A model generated the notes under the pieces. The model did not search any database and was not told the origin of the DNA. It saw nothing but the letters and a program-made list of their open reading frames with translations. The position numbers and the translations under genes are program-made. Positions 1 through 8,367 of a DNA stretch of 32,000 bases are shown here, piece by piece. The stretch's first letter is position 1. Each line of letters starts with the position of its first letter. The DNA is from Staphylothermus marinus F1 (GTDB lineage Archaea > Thermoproteota > Thermoprotei_A > Sulfolobales > Desulfurococcaceae): assembly GCF_000015945.1 (NCBI RefSeq), contig NC_009033.1, positions 1,440,001 to 1,472,000 of the forward strand, written 5' to 3'.

Positions 1-1
1 T

Positions 2-604
2 AAGATACATGAACTTGGTAAAGATAAAGAAGTATTATTGACTACAGAGTTTAACAATAAAAGATATATCATATATATTGATCACGGAGTAATAGTCTCT
101 TCTGCCGAAACAGATCCTGAGAAGGATACGAGAATAGTTGGTTTAAGACCTTTAGCAACACTTATACTCGCATCTAAAATTAAACCCATAACCTTCAAAT
201 TATTCGAGATACAACCATATGAGGAAGAGAAAACCCAGGAAGCACCTAAGACTGTATACAGGGAATTCATTACTAAGAAAAAAATAGTGCCTCCAACAAT
301 CCCTGTTAGCAAGAAAAAGGAAACTAGAATAATGGATTTCTCTAAGATGCTCAAGGAATTAATCGATAAAACTAAGCAAGATGTTGAAGATATTGCTCCA
401 CTATATGGTTGTAAACTCGTAGATGTAAAACTAGCGATTAGTCGTGGAACTATATATATTAGAGTCTATGTTAAAAAGAAGAGCTTCCTGGGTAAATGCT
501 CTATTGAAAAATTAATGGAAAATATTAAGAATGATCTAGAAGTAATAACTTCGATGATAGATCTAAATCTACCTTATAAAGTAGAAGTGATTCAAATAAA
601 ATAA
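2..604 (+). CDS. hypothetical protein; 5' end probably lies outside the window
   Basis: The track ORF 38..604 starts at a TTG, but the same frame is stop-free back to nt 2. There is no in-frame ATG before about residue 98. Lys/Ile/Glu-rich; no motif recognised. Confidence 0.45.
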   Translation, partial: KIHELGKDKEVLLTTEFNNKRYIIYIDHGVIVSSAETDPEKDTRIVGLRPLATLILASKIKPITFKLFEIQPYEEEKTQEAPKTVYREFITKKKIVPPTIPVSKKKETRIMDFSKMLKELIDKTKQDVEDIAPLYGCKLVDVKLAISRGTIYIRVYVKKKSFLGKCSIEKLMENIKNDLEVITSMIDLNLPYKVEVIQIK

Positions 605-670
605 AGAACTATAGATTATAAAAATTTTCCCCCAAGAATATTTTAATCATCGATTAGGACCTTTATATAT

Positions 671-699
671 TATACAAGATTAATAATATATCTTGTATA
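671..699. promoter_or_regulatory. perfect 10-bp inverted repeat (TATACAAGAT-N9-ATCTTGTATA); candidate operator in the promoter region of the 718 gene
   Basis: Read directly: 671-680 is the reverse complement of 690-699, with a 9-nt A/T spacer. It sits in the 113-bp gap just upstream of the GTG start at 718. A regulatory function is inferred. Confidence 0.3.
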
Positions 700-717
700 T
701 ATAGTGTCTAATCCTAG

Positions 718-1626
718 GTGATAATATTGAGTTTTTGGAAAATAGTATTAAAGAGAAAAGGCCCTTTAGTTAAAAAAAGAGAAAAGGATATACCTGATCT
801 CTACTTGGATACTGTCTATTTCTCCGAGAATAAACCATTATCACTATTATTATTAAAGGCTATAAATAAGCCGGGAATAATATTCAAGGTCACCGAGATA
901 ATAGCTGGTAAAGGCAAAAATATCATTAAGCTTAACGTGCCAGATATAGCATTTGGCGATTATGGTTTTGTATTGATCCTCATTGATAATTGTGATGAGT
1001 CTTGTGGTGAAGATTTGAAAAAGGAAATAGTGAATAGATTGGGGAATGATATTATAAAGATAGATGTGTTCACTTCTACTAATAGCTATGTTTTTCTAAA
1101 ATACAATAGGTTATTACTGCTTGACGATGAATCAATTGTTATGACGAAAAGAATGATTGAAAGAGCTATTTATTATGTGTATAAGAAGGGAATGTTTAAT
1201 GCCACTGCTTTCTTAACAGATTTTGGTAGGGGTATAGGAGAGTCAATCTATGATATATTTATATCTGAGCTAATGAAGGATGTTGAGAGAAAATATGAAG
1301 AAAGACTGAGAGATTCTCTCAAAATGTTTACTTATATATATAAAGCTCTAGGATTAGGAGATATGTTGATAGAAGGTTTAGAAGAGCTTGGAAACAGTTA
1401 TAGGATTATTATTAGAAATAATTATGAATGCACTGCACTTGCAAAATATGGTTCGAAACATGGTTTTGTCGGAAAAGTTGGAAATATGACTAAAGGCGTT
1501 ATAGAGGGGTTCTTCAGGAAATTGTTTAATAGAGAAGTTAGTGTAAAAGAAATTGAATGCGTTCTTGAAGGAAGACAAGCAGATGTATTTACAGTCGATC
1601 TTAGAGAATATGCTTTTGAGTTGTAG
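718..1626 (+). CDS. putative ligand-binding regulator with an ACT-like N-terminal domain and a V4R-like C-terminal domain
   Basis: The N-terminal segment KAINKPGIIFKVTEIIAGKGKNIIKLNV resembles an ACT fold. The C-terminal YECTALAKYG...GNMTKGVIEGFFRKLFNREVSVKEIECVLEGRQADVFTV fits the V4R pattern (C..G...G....V.V.E.EC..G....F.V). GTG start. Confidence 0.5.
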   Translation: MIILSFWKIVLKRKGPLVKKREKDIPDLYLDTVYFSENKPLSLLLLKAINKPGIIFKVTEIIAGKGKNIIKLNVPDIAFGDYGFVLILIDNCDESCGEDLKKEIVNRLGNDIIKIDVFTSTNSYVFLKYNRLLLLDDESIVMTKRMIERAIYYVYKKGMFNATAFLTDFGRGIGESIYDIFISELMKDVERKYEERLRDSLKMFTYIYKALGLGDMLIEGLEELGNSYRIIIRNNYECTALAKYGSKHGFVGKVGNMTKGVIEGFFRKLFNREVSVKEIECVLEGRQADVFTVDLREYAFEL

Positions 1627-1660
1627 ATTAAATATAAAATAAGAATAGGATTTTACTCCT

Positions 1661-4600
1661 CTACTTTTCAAGCTCTCTTGTTCTCTCAAATAATTCTTTA
1701 GTTGCTTCACCCATTTCCTTAGTTCCGCCCACTAATTCCTCTGTGGAGGCAACTTCTTCTGGAGCAACCATTGTTGGAACACCTGCTTCACGACCAGCTT
1801 CTTCAAGCTCTCTAACAGCTCTCTTATATACTGAAACAGGATCATAGTAGTAGTTAAATATTATTCTTGAAACATCCCATACATTAAATATGTTCTTATA
1901 GATCATCCAGTTTAATACAGTTGCTTTACGATATATTTCATCAATAATGTCTTCAAGCTCTAATCCACGCTTTGCAGCAATATCCCTTAAATGCAGGCTT
2001 TCCTCGAGATTAACCTTGAACTGATCTGTTCTAGGATCCCATACCGCAATAGTTCTATATTTACCGAAATCCTCGACTTCCTGTACAATAGTTGCTCTCC
2101 TACGGACCCTAACAACTCCCTTCTCAATACGAGCAATAACACGTTGTAGATGAATAAATGTATTCATCAACTTCATATATGTCGGCGGAATATTCATTGG
2201 TGGACTCGTAAGCCTCTTAATAGCATAATCAAGCGTCTCAGCATGAATAGTTGATAATCCACCGTGGCCCGTGTTATGGAGTAGAATCGGTATGTTTCCT
2301 CCGAAGAACGCCTCTGTTATAGGAACTGATATATCGTAGACATATCCCTTATACTGTTTCTTCCTCACATCTTTGATCTTTAAGACAATGATGTCTCCAT
2401 TAATTAATGACTCGATTTTTCTCAAATACTCTCTGCTGAAGTCAGTGAAGGATCCATCCCTTCTGATCCATTCTAAGGCTTTTAAAGCTGTTTTCCTTGA
2501 TATGAACTCTCTCCTCTTTATATATGCTAGTTCGGGAGGCATAGTTCTTGGTTTAGTATACTTGATCAGTTTAAGAATAGGTTTTACAGGCACTCTTTCT
2601 GAAGCATTAGGTTTCCTATATGATTGGTCAAGGTAAACTATTACATGATAGTAGGTTTTCCCATTATTCTTTCCTGCTTCTTTTTCTTCTTTAAGCACAG
2701 AATAGAAGCCAGCGAAACGAGCCAGCCATAATAGTTGATATGCTAAGTTCTTATTCGCAGTTGTATAACTAGTATATCTTCTCCTAAGCGTTCTCTGTGA
2801 ATAAGCTCTTAATCCCTCGAAGAAGGCTCTAATAACACTTTTAGGAGAGCTCCAAAGGATTTCTGGCATCTTTTTTTCTTCAAGTTTTCTTCCTAGAAGC
2901 TTCTCGAATATAATAGCTAGTAGTGTGTGTGGATACTCGTAAATAATATAGGTGCCACGATCATCTATGAAAGGTTTTATATTGAATTTCTCATACATTA
3001 TATTCATTACCTTATCGGCAATATTCTTTGCACTCTTACCAAAAGTGAAGCAGATTAGTTTATCTCTACGCTCCTTGACACATCCATTAGCAATGTATGC
3101 TCCAAATAGGAATGCTAATTTCTCATCTAATACTAGTCTTATTGGAAGAGTATACTTGCTTCTCCGTAGCTTGATAAGTGAATTATTTTTCTTTGTTATA
3201 ACACGTTTTCTCAGGATCATGTATTGTTTTAGAGGTATAGGGTTTCTGCCTCCTGTATGCTTCTTTAATTCGCTAGGTATATTGTCGACATAGACATCGT
3301 TATAGTCGCTGACAAGATCTATGAGGTCTATTGTTTGATGATCTTTATTCTCCTTAACACCATTAAATGATACAAGGTATTCACCCTTATTTAGAAGCAT
3401 AACAGGTTTCTCAACTATGTCTAGGGTATCTGGATCTAGGACAAATACGCTATGACTACCTGTTGCTTCTAGTTTGCCTCCTCCCTCATATATTATTTCA
3501 TAGATCTCATTGGTTCTATGCCTTAACACGTATTTTATGGGTTTCCACACAACTTGGAACCCGTCATGGCTTAAAACATAGTATCCATTTACATGCTTAG
3601 CTGTTCTTTCCTCTCCTTCCTCATAGAATTTATCGATGAATTCACCGATTTTTACTAGATGAATTTTGTTAATTGGATCCCTTATCAGTACTGGTGTATC
3701 ATATGATACACTAGCCATTGCTTGGAACAGTACGAATGCTTCTTCTCCACGAACCTCTCCCACTATTATATAGTCTGGCCTATATCTTAGGCTTAGTTTT
3801 ACTAGGTCAAATAAGCGTATGTTTGTTCCCAGCGAGCTTGTACCTACTAGGTATGTTTCTCTACTTGTTAATTGTACCCAGTTAGGATGTGGGAGATTGA
3901 TTTCAGGAGTATCCTCGATGGTGACTATTTTCATTCCTGGACGAATAAACATGCTTATAACGTTTAGCATAGTTGTTTTACCAACACCTGTACCGCCAGC
4001 GATCATCGCTGTTTTTCCATGTTCTATAAGTGTCCATAGATAAGCTGCTACAAGACTATTTATGACGCCTGATTGTATAATCTCGGTTACACTAAATGGT
4101 CTCTCACGGAACTTACGGATAGTGAATGTTGGTCCTTTAACAGATACTTCACGTCCAAACGTAGCGGCTAAACGGTGTTTTTCAGGCAACATAGCGTCTA
4201 GGATTGGGAAAGCTATACTAATATGTTTACCAGCCATATGAGCCATTTTCATAACGAACTCGTTCAAGTAGTCTTCATCTATGAAAGTAATATTTGTAGG
4301 GATGCTCTCGTATTTTTTGTGCCAAACATATATTGGTATGTTTACTCCATTACAAGATATATCCTCAATATTTGGATCCTTCATTAATGGATCAATTGGA
4401 CCATATCCTAATAGGTTTCTCTCAATATAGTAGAGCAACTTAATCTTACGGGCACCAACAAGTCCTAGTTTCTCTCTATACTTATCAGCAATCCTCTCTG
4501 TTTCTTTGAAAACATATCCTTTCAAATCCTTAATATCCTCAGGTCTTGTTGGAGGACGTATTTCATCCATCAAAATATCGGTGAGCTTCTCCAATACTTC

Positions 4601-4870
4601 TTTATCACTCGGTGTAAGACCATATTCTTCAACGAAATACATTGGTCCTTGAGGTGTTTCAGCTATCACGATCTTGACGAATGGTTTATATACATAGTAG
4701 CTCTCAATAATTCTCCAACTAGGATCACGTTTTGCAACCTGAATAGGCTCTGCAGGAACAATAATTGATTTAACAGCTTCAGAAACCTCTTCCTCTCCAG
4801 GAAGCTTTGTTAACCTCTCCTTCCTTTCCCTACGCGAAAACATCGATAAAATCTTCCTAAGAGACTCCAT
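1661..4870 (-). CDS. FlaI/VirB11/PilB-family type IV filament assembly ATPase, intein-containing (extein product about 589 aa)
   Basis: 1069-aa ORF with Walker A GGTGVGKTT, Walker B region DYIIVGEVRGEEA and His box TGHGGLSTIHA. FlaI-like N-domain (PMYFVEEYGLTPSDKEVLEKL). Divergently paired with a FlaJ/TadC-like gene. Confidence 0.9.
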   Translation of the reverse strand: MESLRKILSMFSRRERKERLTKLPGEEEVSEAVKSIIVPAEPIQVAKRDPSWRIIESYYVYKPFVKIVIAETPQGPMYFVEEYGLTPSDKEVLEKLTDILMDEIRPPTRPEDIKDLKGYVFKETERIADKYREKLGLVGARKIKLLYYIERNLLGYGPIDPLMKDPNIEDISCNGVNIPIYVWHKKYESIPTNITFIDEDYLNEFVMKMAHMAGKHISIAFPILDAMLPEKHRLAATFGREVSVKGPTFTIRKFRERPFSVTEIIQSGVINSLVAAYLWTLIEHGKTAMIAGGTGVGKTTMLNVISMFIRPGMKIVTIEDTPEINLPHPNWVQLTSRETYLVGTSSLGTNIRLFDLVKLSLRYRPDYIIVGEVRGEEAFVLFQAMASVSYDTPVLIRDPINKIHLVKIGEFIDKFYEEGEERTAKHVNGYYVLSHDGFQVVWKPIKYVLRHRTNEIYEIIYEGGGKLEATGSHSVFVLDPDTLDIVEKPVMLLNKGEYLVSFNGVKENKDHQTIDLIDLVSDYNDVYVDNIPSELKKHTGGRNPIPLKQYMILRKRVITKKNNSLIKLRRSKYTLPIRLVLDEKLAFLFGAYIANGCVKERRDKLICFTFGKSAKNIADKVMNIMYEKFNIKPFIDDRGTYIIYEYPHTLLAIIFEKLLGRKLEEKKMPEILWSSPKSVIRAFFEGLRAYSQRTLRRRYTSYTTANKNLAYQLLWLARFAGFYSVLKEEKEAGKNNGKTYYHVIVYLDQSYRKPNASERVPVKPILKLIKYTKPRTMPPELAYIKRREFISRKTALKALEWIRRDGSFTDFSREYLRKIESLINGDIIVLKIKDVRKKQYKGYVYDISVPITEAFFGGNIPILLHNTGHGGLSTIHAETLDYAIKRLTSPPMNIPPTYMKLMNTFIHLQRVIARIEKGVVRVRRRATIVQEVEDFGKYRTIAVWDPRTDQFKVNLEESLHLRDIAAKRGLELEDIIDEIYRKATVLNWMIYKNIFNVWDVSRIIFNYYYDPVSVYKRAVRELEEAGREAGVPTMVAPEEVASTEELVGGTKEMGEATKELFERTRELEK
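2273..3712 (-). mobile_element. 480-aa intein with a LAGLIDADG homing-endonuclease domain (residues 387-866 of the ATPase)
   Basis: Starts SVSYDTPVLI (Ser1, block A-like) and ends ILLHN, followed by Thr (+1). Two LAGLIDADG-type motifs: LAFLFGAYIANG and IRAFFEGLRAYS. Excision rejoins ...VLFQAMA|TGHGGLSTIHA, the contiguous conserved segment of this ATPase family. Confidence 0.8.
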
Positions 4871-4999
4871 GGCTCAAATACACTCTCCAAACTAAAATTA
4901 AACACACAGTTTTATAACTGATAATCATATTATATACTCCCTCGATAAATAATTATTCCCTAAAACAGTTTGTGGTTGCCCGAGCATTATCTTTTGGAA

Positions 5000-5182
5000 G
5001 CTATGGTTATTTTGGGAATTGTTTGCAGGGGCTCCCCCCTCTTGTGTCGGGGCTCCACATAGACCACTTTGAGTCCTTCATCTGCATTTTACAAACAATT
5101 ATGAAGGGTTTATAAAGCGAACACATAAACATAAACACTACAAAACAATCATAGCCTCCACAATATCCAAAACAACCATAGC
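5000..5182. repeat. imperfect inverted repeat pair flanking a G+C-rich core, plus three copies of the 15-mer CAAAA(C/T)AA(C/T)CATAGC
   Basis: 15-mer copies at 5141-5155 (+), 5168-5182 (+) and 5000-5014 (reverse complement), each differing at one position. The extended arms 5000-5023 and 5159-5182 are complementary with about 3 mismatches. An inner perfect 9-bp stem pairs 5017-5025 with 5092-5100. The 8-mer GGGGCTCC occurs twice (5028-5035, 5049-5056). Confidence 0.6.
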
Positions 5183-5310
5183 ATCTAAATAAGCGAATAG
5201 TCTCCAGAGTTGTTCTTATTTAGTATTCCTTGTATAGGTTGATAAATATATTTGTGTCCTAAGGAAACTATATATTAAGGAATACCAACTATGAATACTA
5301 GGGGTTATAC

Positions 5311-7086
5311 ATGTCCTTTTGGGATTGGGTTTACAGGTATTTTGAGGGTTTAGGCAAATATATTCTTAGAATGTATCCGAACTTATCAAATGATATACGT
5401 AAGAGTGGGATGCATCTATATCCTGAAGTATATGCTTCTTTCATGGCTTTTATGTCTATCCTGATTAGTGGTGTGACTATTGTTTTAATAATATTGTTTG
5501 CAGTAGTGAAAATATATATTGTTTTACCTTTCCTTGTCCTAGTACCTTTCCTTACATATATTTTATTAGCGTATCTACCAGCTCTTATAGGAAGTAGTAG
5601 AGCCGGCGGGATAGAAGGAGAGTTCCCATATACAACGGCTTATTTAAGCATGATGGTTATGAGTGGTTTATCGCCGTATGTAGCGTTTGAGAGAATTACT
5701 CATGCAAGCAAAGTATTTACTAAATCAGCAGAGCTTAGCCAGAGATTTATATTATTAGTAAGAGTTCTAGGGAGGGATCCGTTAACAGCTTTCAGCATGT
5801 TAGCTCATAGAACACCTAGTCCAACTGCGAGAGACTTGTTAATGGGTTATGTAACAACTGTTCGTGCAGGCGGAGATGTAGCTGATTATTTGAATAAAAA
5901 AGCTAGACTATTATTCTCTGAACTACTTGTTAAAATGAAGATTATAGCTGATAGATTAGCTGGTCTTCTAGAAGCATATCTAGCTCTTGTCCTCTTATCA
6001 ATGATTAGTTTAACAGTCATGTACTTTGTAACAGTATCATTTATCTCCGCCGTCCCCTTTGGATTATCGCCTATAGGATTATTCTTAGTCCTCTACGTAT
6101 TAATCCCTATGATTTCGGGCATGATTATTTATTTAGCTGATATTACCCAGTATAAGGAGCCATGGGTTGATTATCGCCCATACATATTGTTTGGAGGCTT
6201 AACTCTTCCACTAGCGTTTTTCCTAGTATTTTTTGGAATGATTATTCCAAATATTCTACCGCCTGGACACCCGTTTAGGAGTAATGTCTTGGTTAAGGGA
6301 ATATATGATTTCCTTGTTTACCCAGCTGTAGCCTTTAATCTTCAACCATATATTTATCCATCAGTAGCTTTATCAATGATATTAATCACTGCTACCCTGC
6401 CAACAACAATCTATGCGGAAATAGTTGGAAGAGAATACAAAGTAGTAACTGGTATAACAAGGTTTCTACGTGACCTCGTAGAGATACGTAAGACAGGATT
6501 ATCTCCGGAGAGAAGCATTATTGAGCTTTCACGTAGAAACTATGGTGTATTCACAAAGTATTTAAAGAAGATGGCTCTCCAACTAAGCCTTGGGATCTCC
6601 TTGTCTAGGATAATACAGGAGTTATTCAAGAAAATAATTGTTTGGAGAGCAAAGGTATTATTATTCGTATTAACAGACACGATCGAGGTTGGCGGTGGAA
6701 GTGTTGAGATAATGGAGCATCTTGCATGGTTTGCTGAAAGTGTAGATGCTATTGAGGATGAGAAAAAGAAGAATCTCAGAACCCTCCTAATAGTTCCATA
6801 TATGGGTGGAATATTAACAGCAGCAACAGTAATTATGCTGGCAGCATTCATGGGCTCACTACAATTTGGTGCTGGAGGAGCATATTTTCAAGCCGCAGCA
6901 ACAGCGTTGCCAGCAATAGTTATAAATACTTATCTAATGGGTCTTGTAGCTGGAAAAGTATCATCGGGATCAATAGCTGCTGGATTCAAACACGCAATAT
7001 TTTTAACAATAGTTACACTCCTATTCTTCCTAGCATCACCACTATTCAACACAATGCTTGGAGGATTAACACAGCCAGTAACGTGA
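5311..7086 (+). CDS. FlaJ/TadC-like polytopic membrane platform protein of a type IV filament system
   Basis: 591 aa with many TM helices interleaved with two cytoplasmic helical domains, the T2SS-F-like architecture. Divergent from the ATPase and followed by pilin-like genes. TATA-like box about 35 nt upstream. Confidence 0.8.
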   Translation: MSFWDWVYRYFEGLGKYILRMYPNLSNDIRKSGMHLYPEVYASFMAFMSILISGVTIVLIILFAVVKIYIVLPFLVLVPFLTYILLAYLPALIGSSRAGGIEGEFPYTTAYLSMMVMSGLSPYVAFERITHASKVFTKSAELSQRFILLVRVLGRDPLTAFSMLAHRTPSPTARDLLMGYVTTVRAGGDVADYLNKKARLLFSELLVKMKIIADRLAGLLEAYLALVLLSMISLTVMYFVTVSFISAVPFGLSPIGLFLVLYVLIPMISGMIIYLADITQYKEPWVDYRPYILFGGLTLPLAFFLVFFGMIIPNILPPGHPFRSNVLVKGIYDFLVYPAVAFNLQPYIYPSVALSMILITATLPTTIYAEIVGREYKVVTGITRFLRDLVEIRKTGLSPERSIIELSRRNYGVFTKYLKKMALQLSLGISLSRIIQELFKKIIVWRAKVLLFVLTDTIEVGGGSVEIMEHLAWFAESVDAIEDEKKKNLRTLLIVPYMGGILTAATVIMLAAFMGSLQFGAGGAYFQAAATALPAIVINTYLMGLVAGKVSSGSIAAGFKHAIFLTIVTLLFFLASPLFNTMLGGLTQPVT

Positions 7087-7096
7087 GGTTTAAGAA

Positions 7097-7858
7097 TTGA
7101 GGGGGATCAGCGAAACAATATCCACCGTTATAATATCATCGGTAATTATAATGGTAAGTATAATGATATTCTACATAGCCACATATTCTCTAACAACAAC
7201 TATGCAGGTATCAGAGTATGGATACATGAAATCATCAATGATAAACATAGCTTCATCAATACCAGAAATAATTAAGGGAACAAGCATATCAATATCTGTT
7301 CCGAAGGGAAGCGTAGGAGTAGGATATAGCATTCAAAACAATATAGTTTATGAAGTAGATGTTCTCACAAGTTCTGGATGGAAGAATATAATAGTTGATG
7401 ATTCCCCATCAGCTATCGTGATTAGATCCTATAATGTAGTAGTCACTAGCAATAGGATCATCTATGGTATTAACAATCTAACCGTAAATGATATCGCCTT
7501 CATACCAACAATATGGGAGTACTATAAGGATGGAGCATCAATAATAAACTTCAACACATCTAGATTCTATATCCACATATACAAAGTCACAAATGGAACA
7601 TATACAGAAATATATATTAGAATCTACTATTTACAGCTAAGACCAAAATACATATCTGGCCCAAGAACAATCATGTTTGTACCCGGAGGAAAAGTAATAG
7701 AGGATCAAATAAACAATATTGAAGGACTCGTTATTAGAGAAATAAATAGTGTAACAGGTAAAACCATTCGTTCCTATGAACCATCTAAATTGTTCAGTCT
7801 AGGATATAAAGTAAATTTATTATTAAGCGTTGATCGATTATATGTGGTGATGACTTAG
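7097..7858 (+). CDS. pilin-like protein with a class III (prepilin-type) signal peptide
   Basis: N-terminus MRG|ISETISTVIISSVIIMVSIM fits the archaeal prepilin motif: K/R-G, then a hydrophobic helix with S..I.T.V.I. TTG start 10 nt after the platform gene, with a GAGGT Shine-Dalgarno-like motif. Many N-x-S/T sequons. Confidence 0.65.
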   Translation: MRGISETISTVIISSVIIMVSIMIFYIATYSLTTTMQVSEYGYMKSSMINIASSIPEIIKGTSISISVPKGSVGVGYSIQNNIVYEVDVLTSSGWKNIIVDDSPSAIVIRSYNVVVTSNRIIYGINNLTVNDIAFIPTIWEYYKDGASIINFNTSRFYIHIYKVTNGTYTEIYIRIYYLQLRPKYISGPRTIMFVPGGKVIEDQINNIEGLVIREINSVTGKTIRSYEPSKLFSLGYKVNLLLSVDRLYVVMT

Positions 7859-8367
7859 TGGCGACACCTGCTATAATTCATATGATCGGCACCTTAGCAT
7901 TAGTGATCGTATTAGCATTCGTGATACTACACGTATCAAGCACAATTACCGTAATGAAAAACGATGCCCTAGTTAATAATTTTAAGAGAATAGCTGATTC
8001 AGTTTCTACCCAGATCCTGTATGCTATAATGTGGCATAATAACTTGTCAATAAGACTGATGTATCCTCCACAAGCTGGGTATGGTCAACAATATAATATA
8101 ATAATAGGCACAGGAGCAGCTATAAGATCCCATTATAAAATATTCAATGTACCAAATGATAATACATTATATATAGTCATAACTACGCCGGATAACACTA
8201 TTCATGTAGAGAAAAAAATAATAGAAACCACAAATGGTTATACAACGATAACTATGGTAAACGATCCCATACTATTCGGTAGTTCAACAATTACTTACTT
8301 AGATATTAGAGTCGTTAACAATAATATATATGTGAATATAGTTGTTAAGGGGGAAATATATAGATGA
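7858..8367 (+). CDS. small secreted/anchored protein with an N-terminal hydrophobic helix (possible minor pilin)
   Basis: The GTG start overlaps the upstream TAG by 1 nt. N-terminus MATPAIIHMIGTLALVIVLAFVIL; the beta-rich remainder carries sequons. The prepilin motif is not canonical. Confidence 0.5.
   Translation: MATPAIIHMIGTLALVIVLAFVILHVSSTITVMKNDALVNNFKRIADSVSTQILYAIMWHNNLSIRLMYPPQAGYGQQYNIIIGTGAAIRSHYKIFNVPNDNTLYIVITTPDNTIHVEKKIIETTNGYTTITMVNDPILFGSSTITYLDIRVVNNNIYVNIVVKGEIYR

Noticed and set aside
82-354. Minus-strand ORF 82..354. Similar antisense ORFs: 1378..1710, 6540..6851, 8345..8548, 11573..11968, 14298..14990, 16354..16641, 17946..18248, 20062..20295
   Set aside because: Each is nested antisense within a longer, better-supported gene and has no motif or plausible start context.
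2373-4043. Plus-strand ORFs 2373..2636, 2952..3293 and 3819..4043 inside the ATPase/intein gene
   Set aside because: They lie entirely antisense to a long ORF with strong family motifs. Their products are low-complexity Ser/Leu/Phe-rich, which is typical of shadow ORFs.
5017-5100. tRNA, H/ACA or C/D sRNA assignment for the stem-closed G+C-rich core
   Set aside because: There is no cloverleaf, no T-loop consensus and no canonical C/D boxes. ACA triplets follow the stem, but a 7-nt bulge and the spacing do not fit the archaeal H/ACA layout well enough to call.
5000-5182. MITE defined by the ~24-nt imperfect terminal inverted repeats
   Set aside because: No target-site duplication is visible at the flanks (GGAA|...|ATCT). 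Copy number cannot be assessed from one window, so it is left as one of three hypotheses rather than called.
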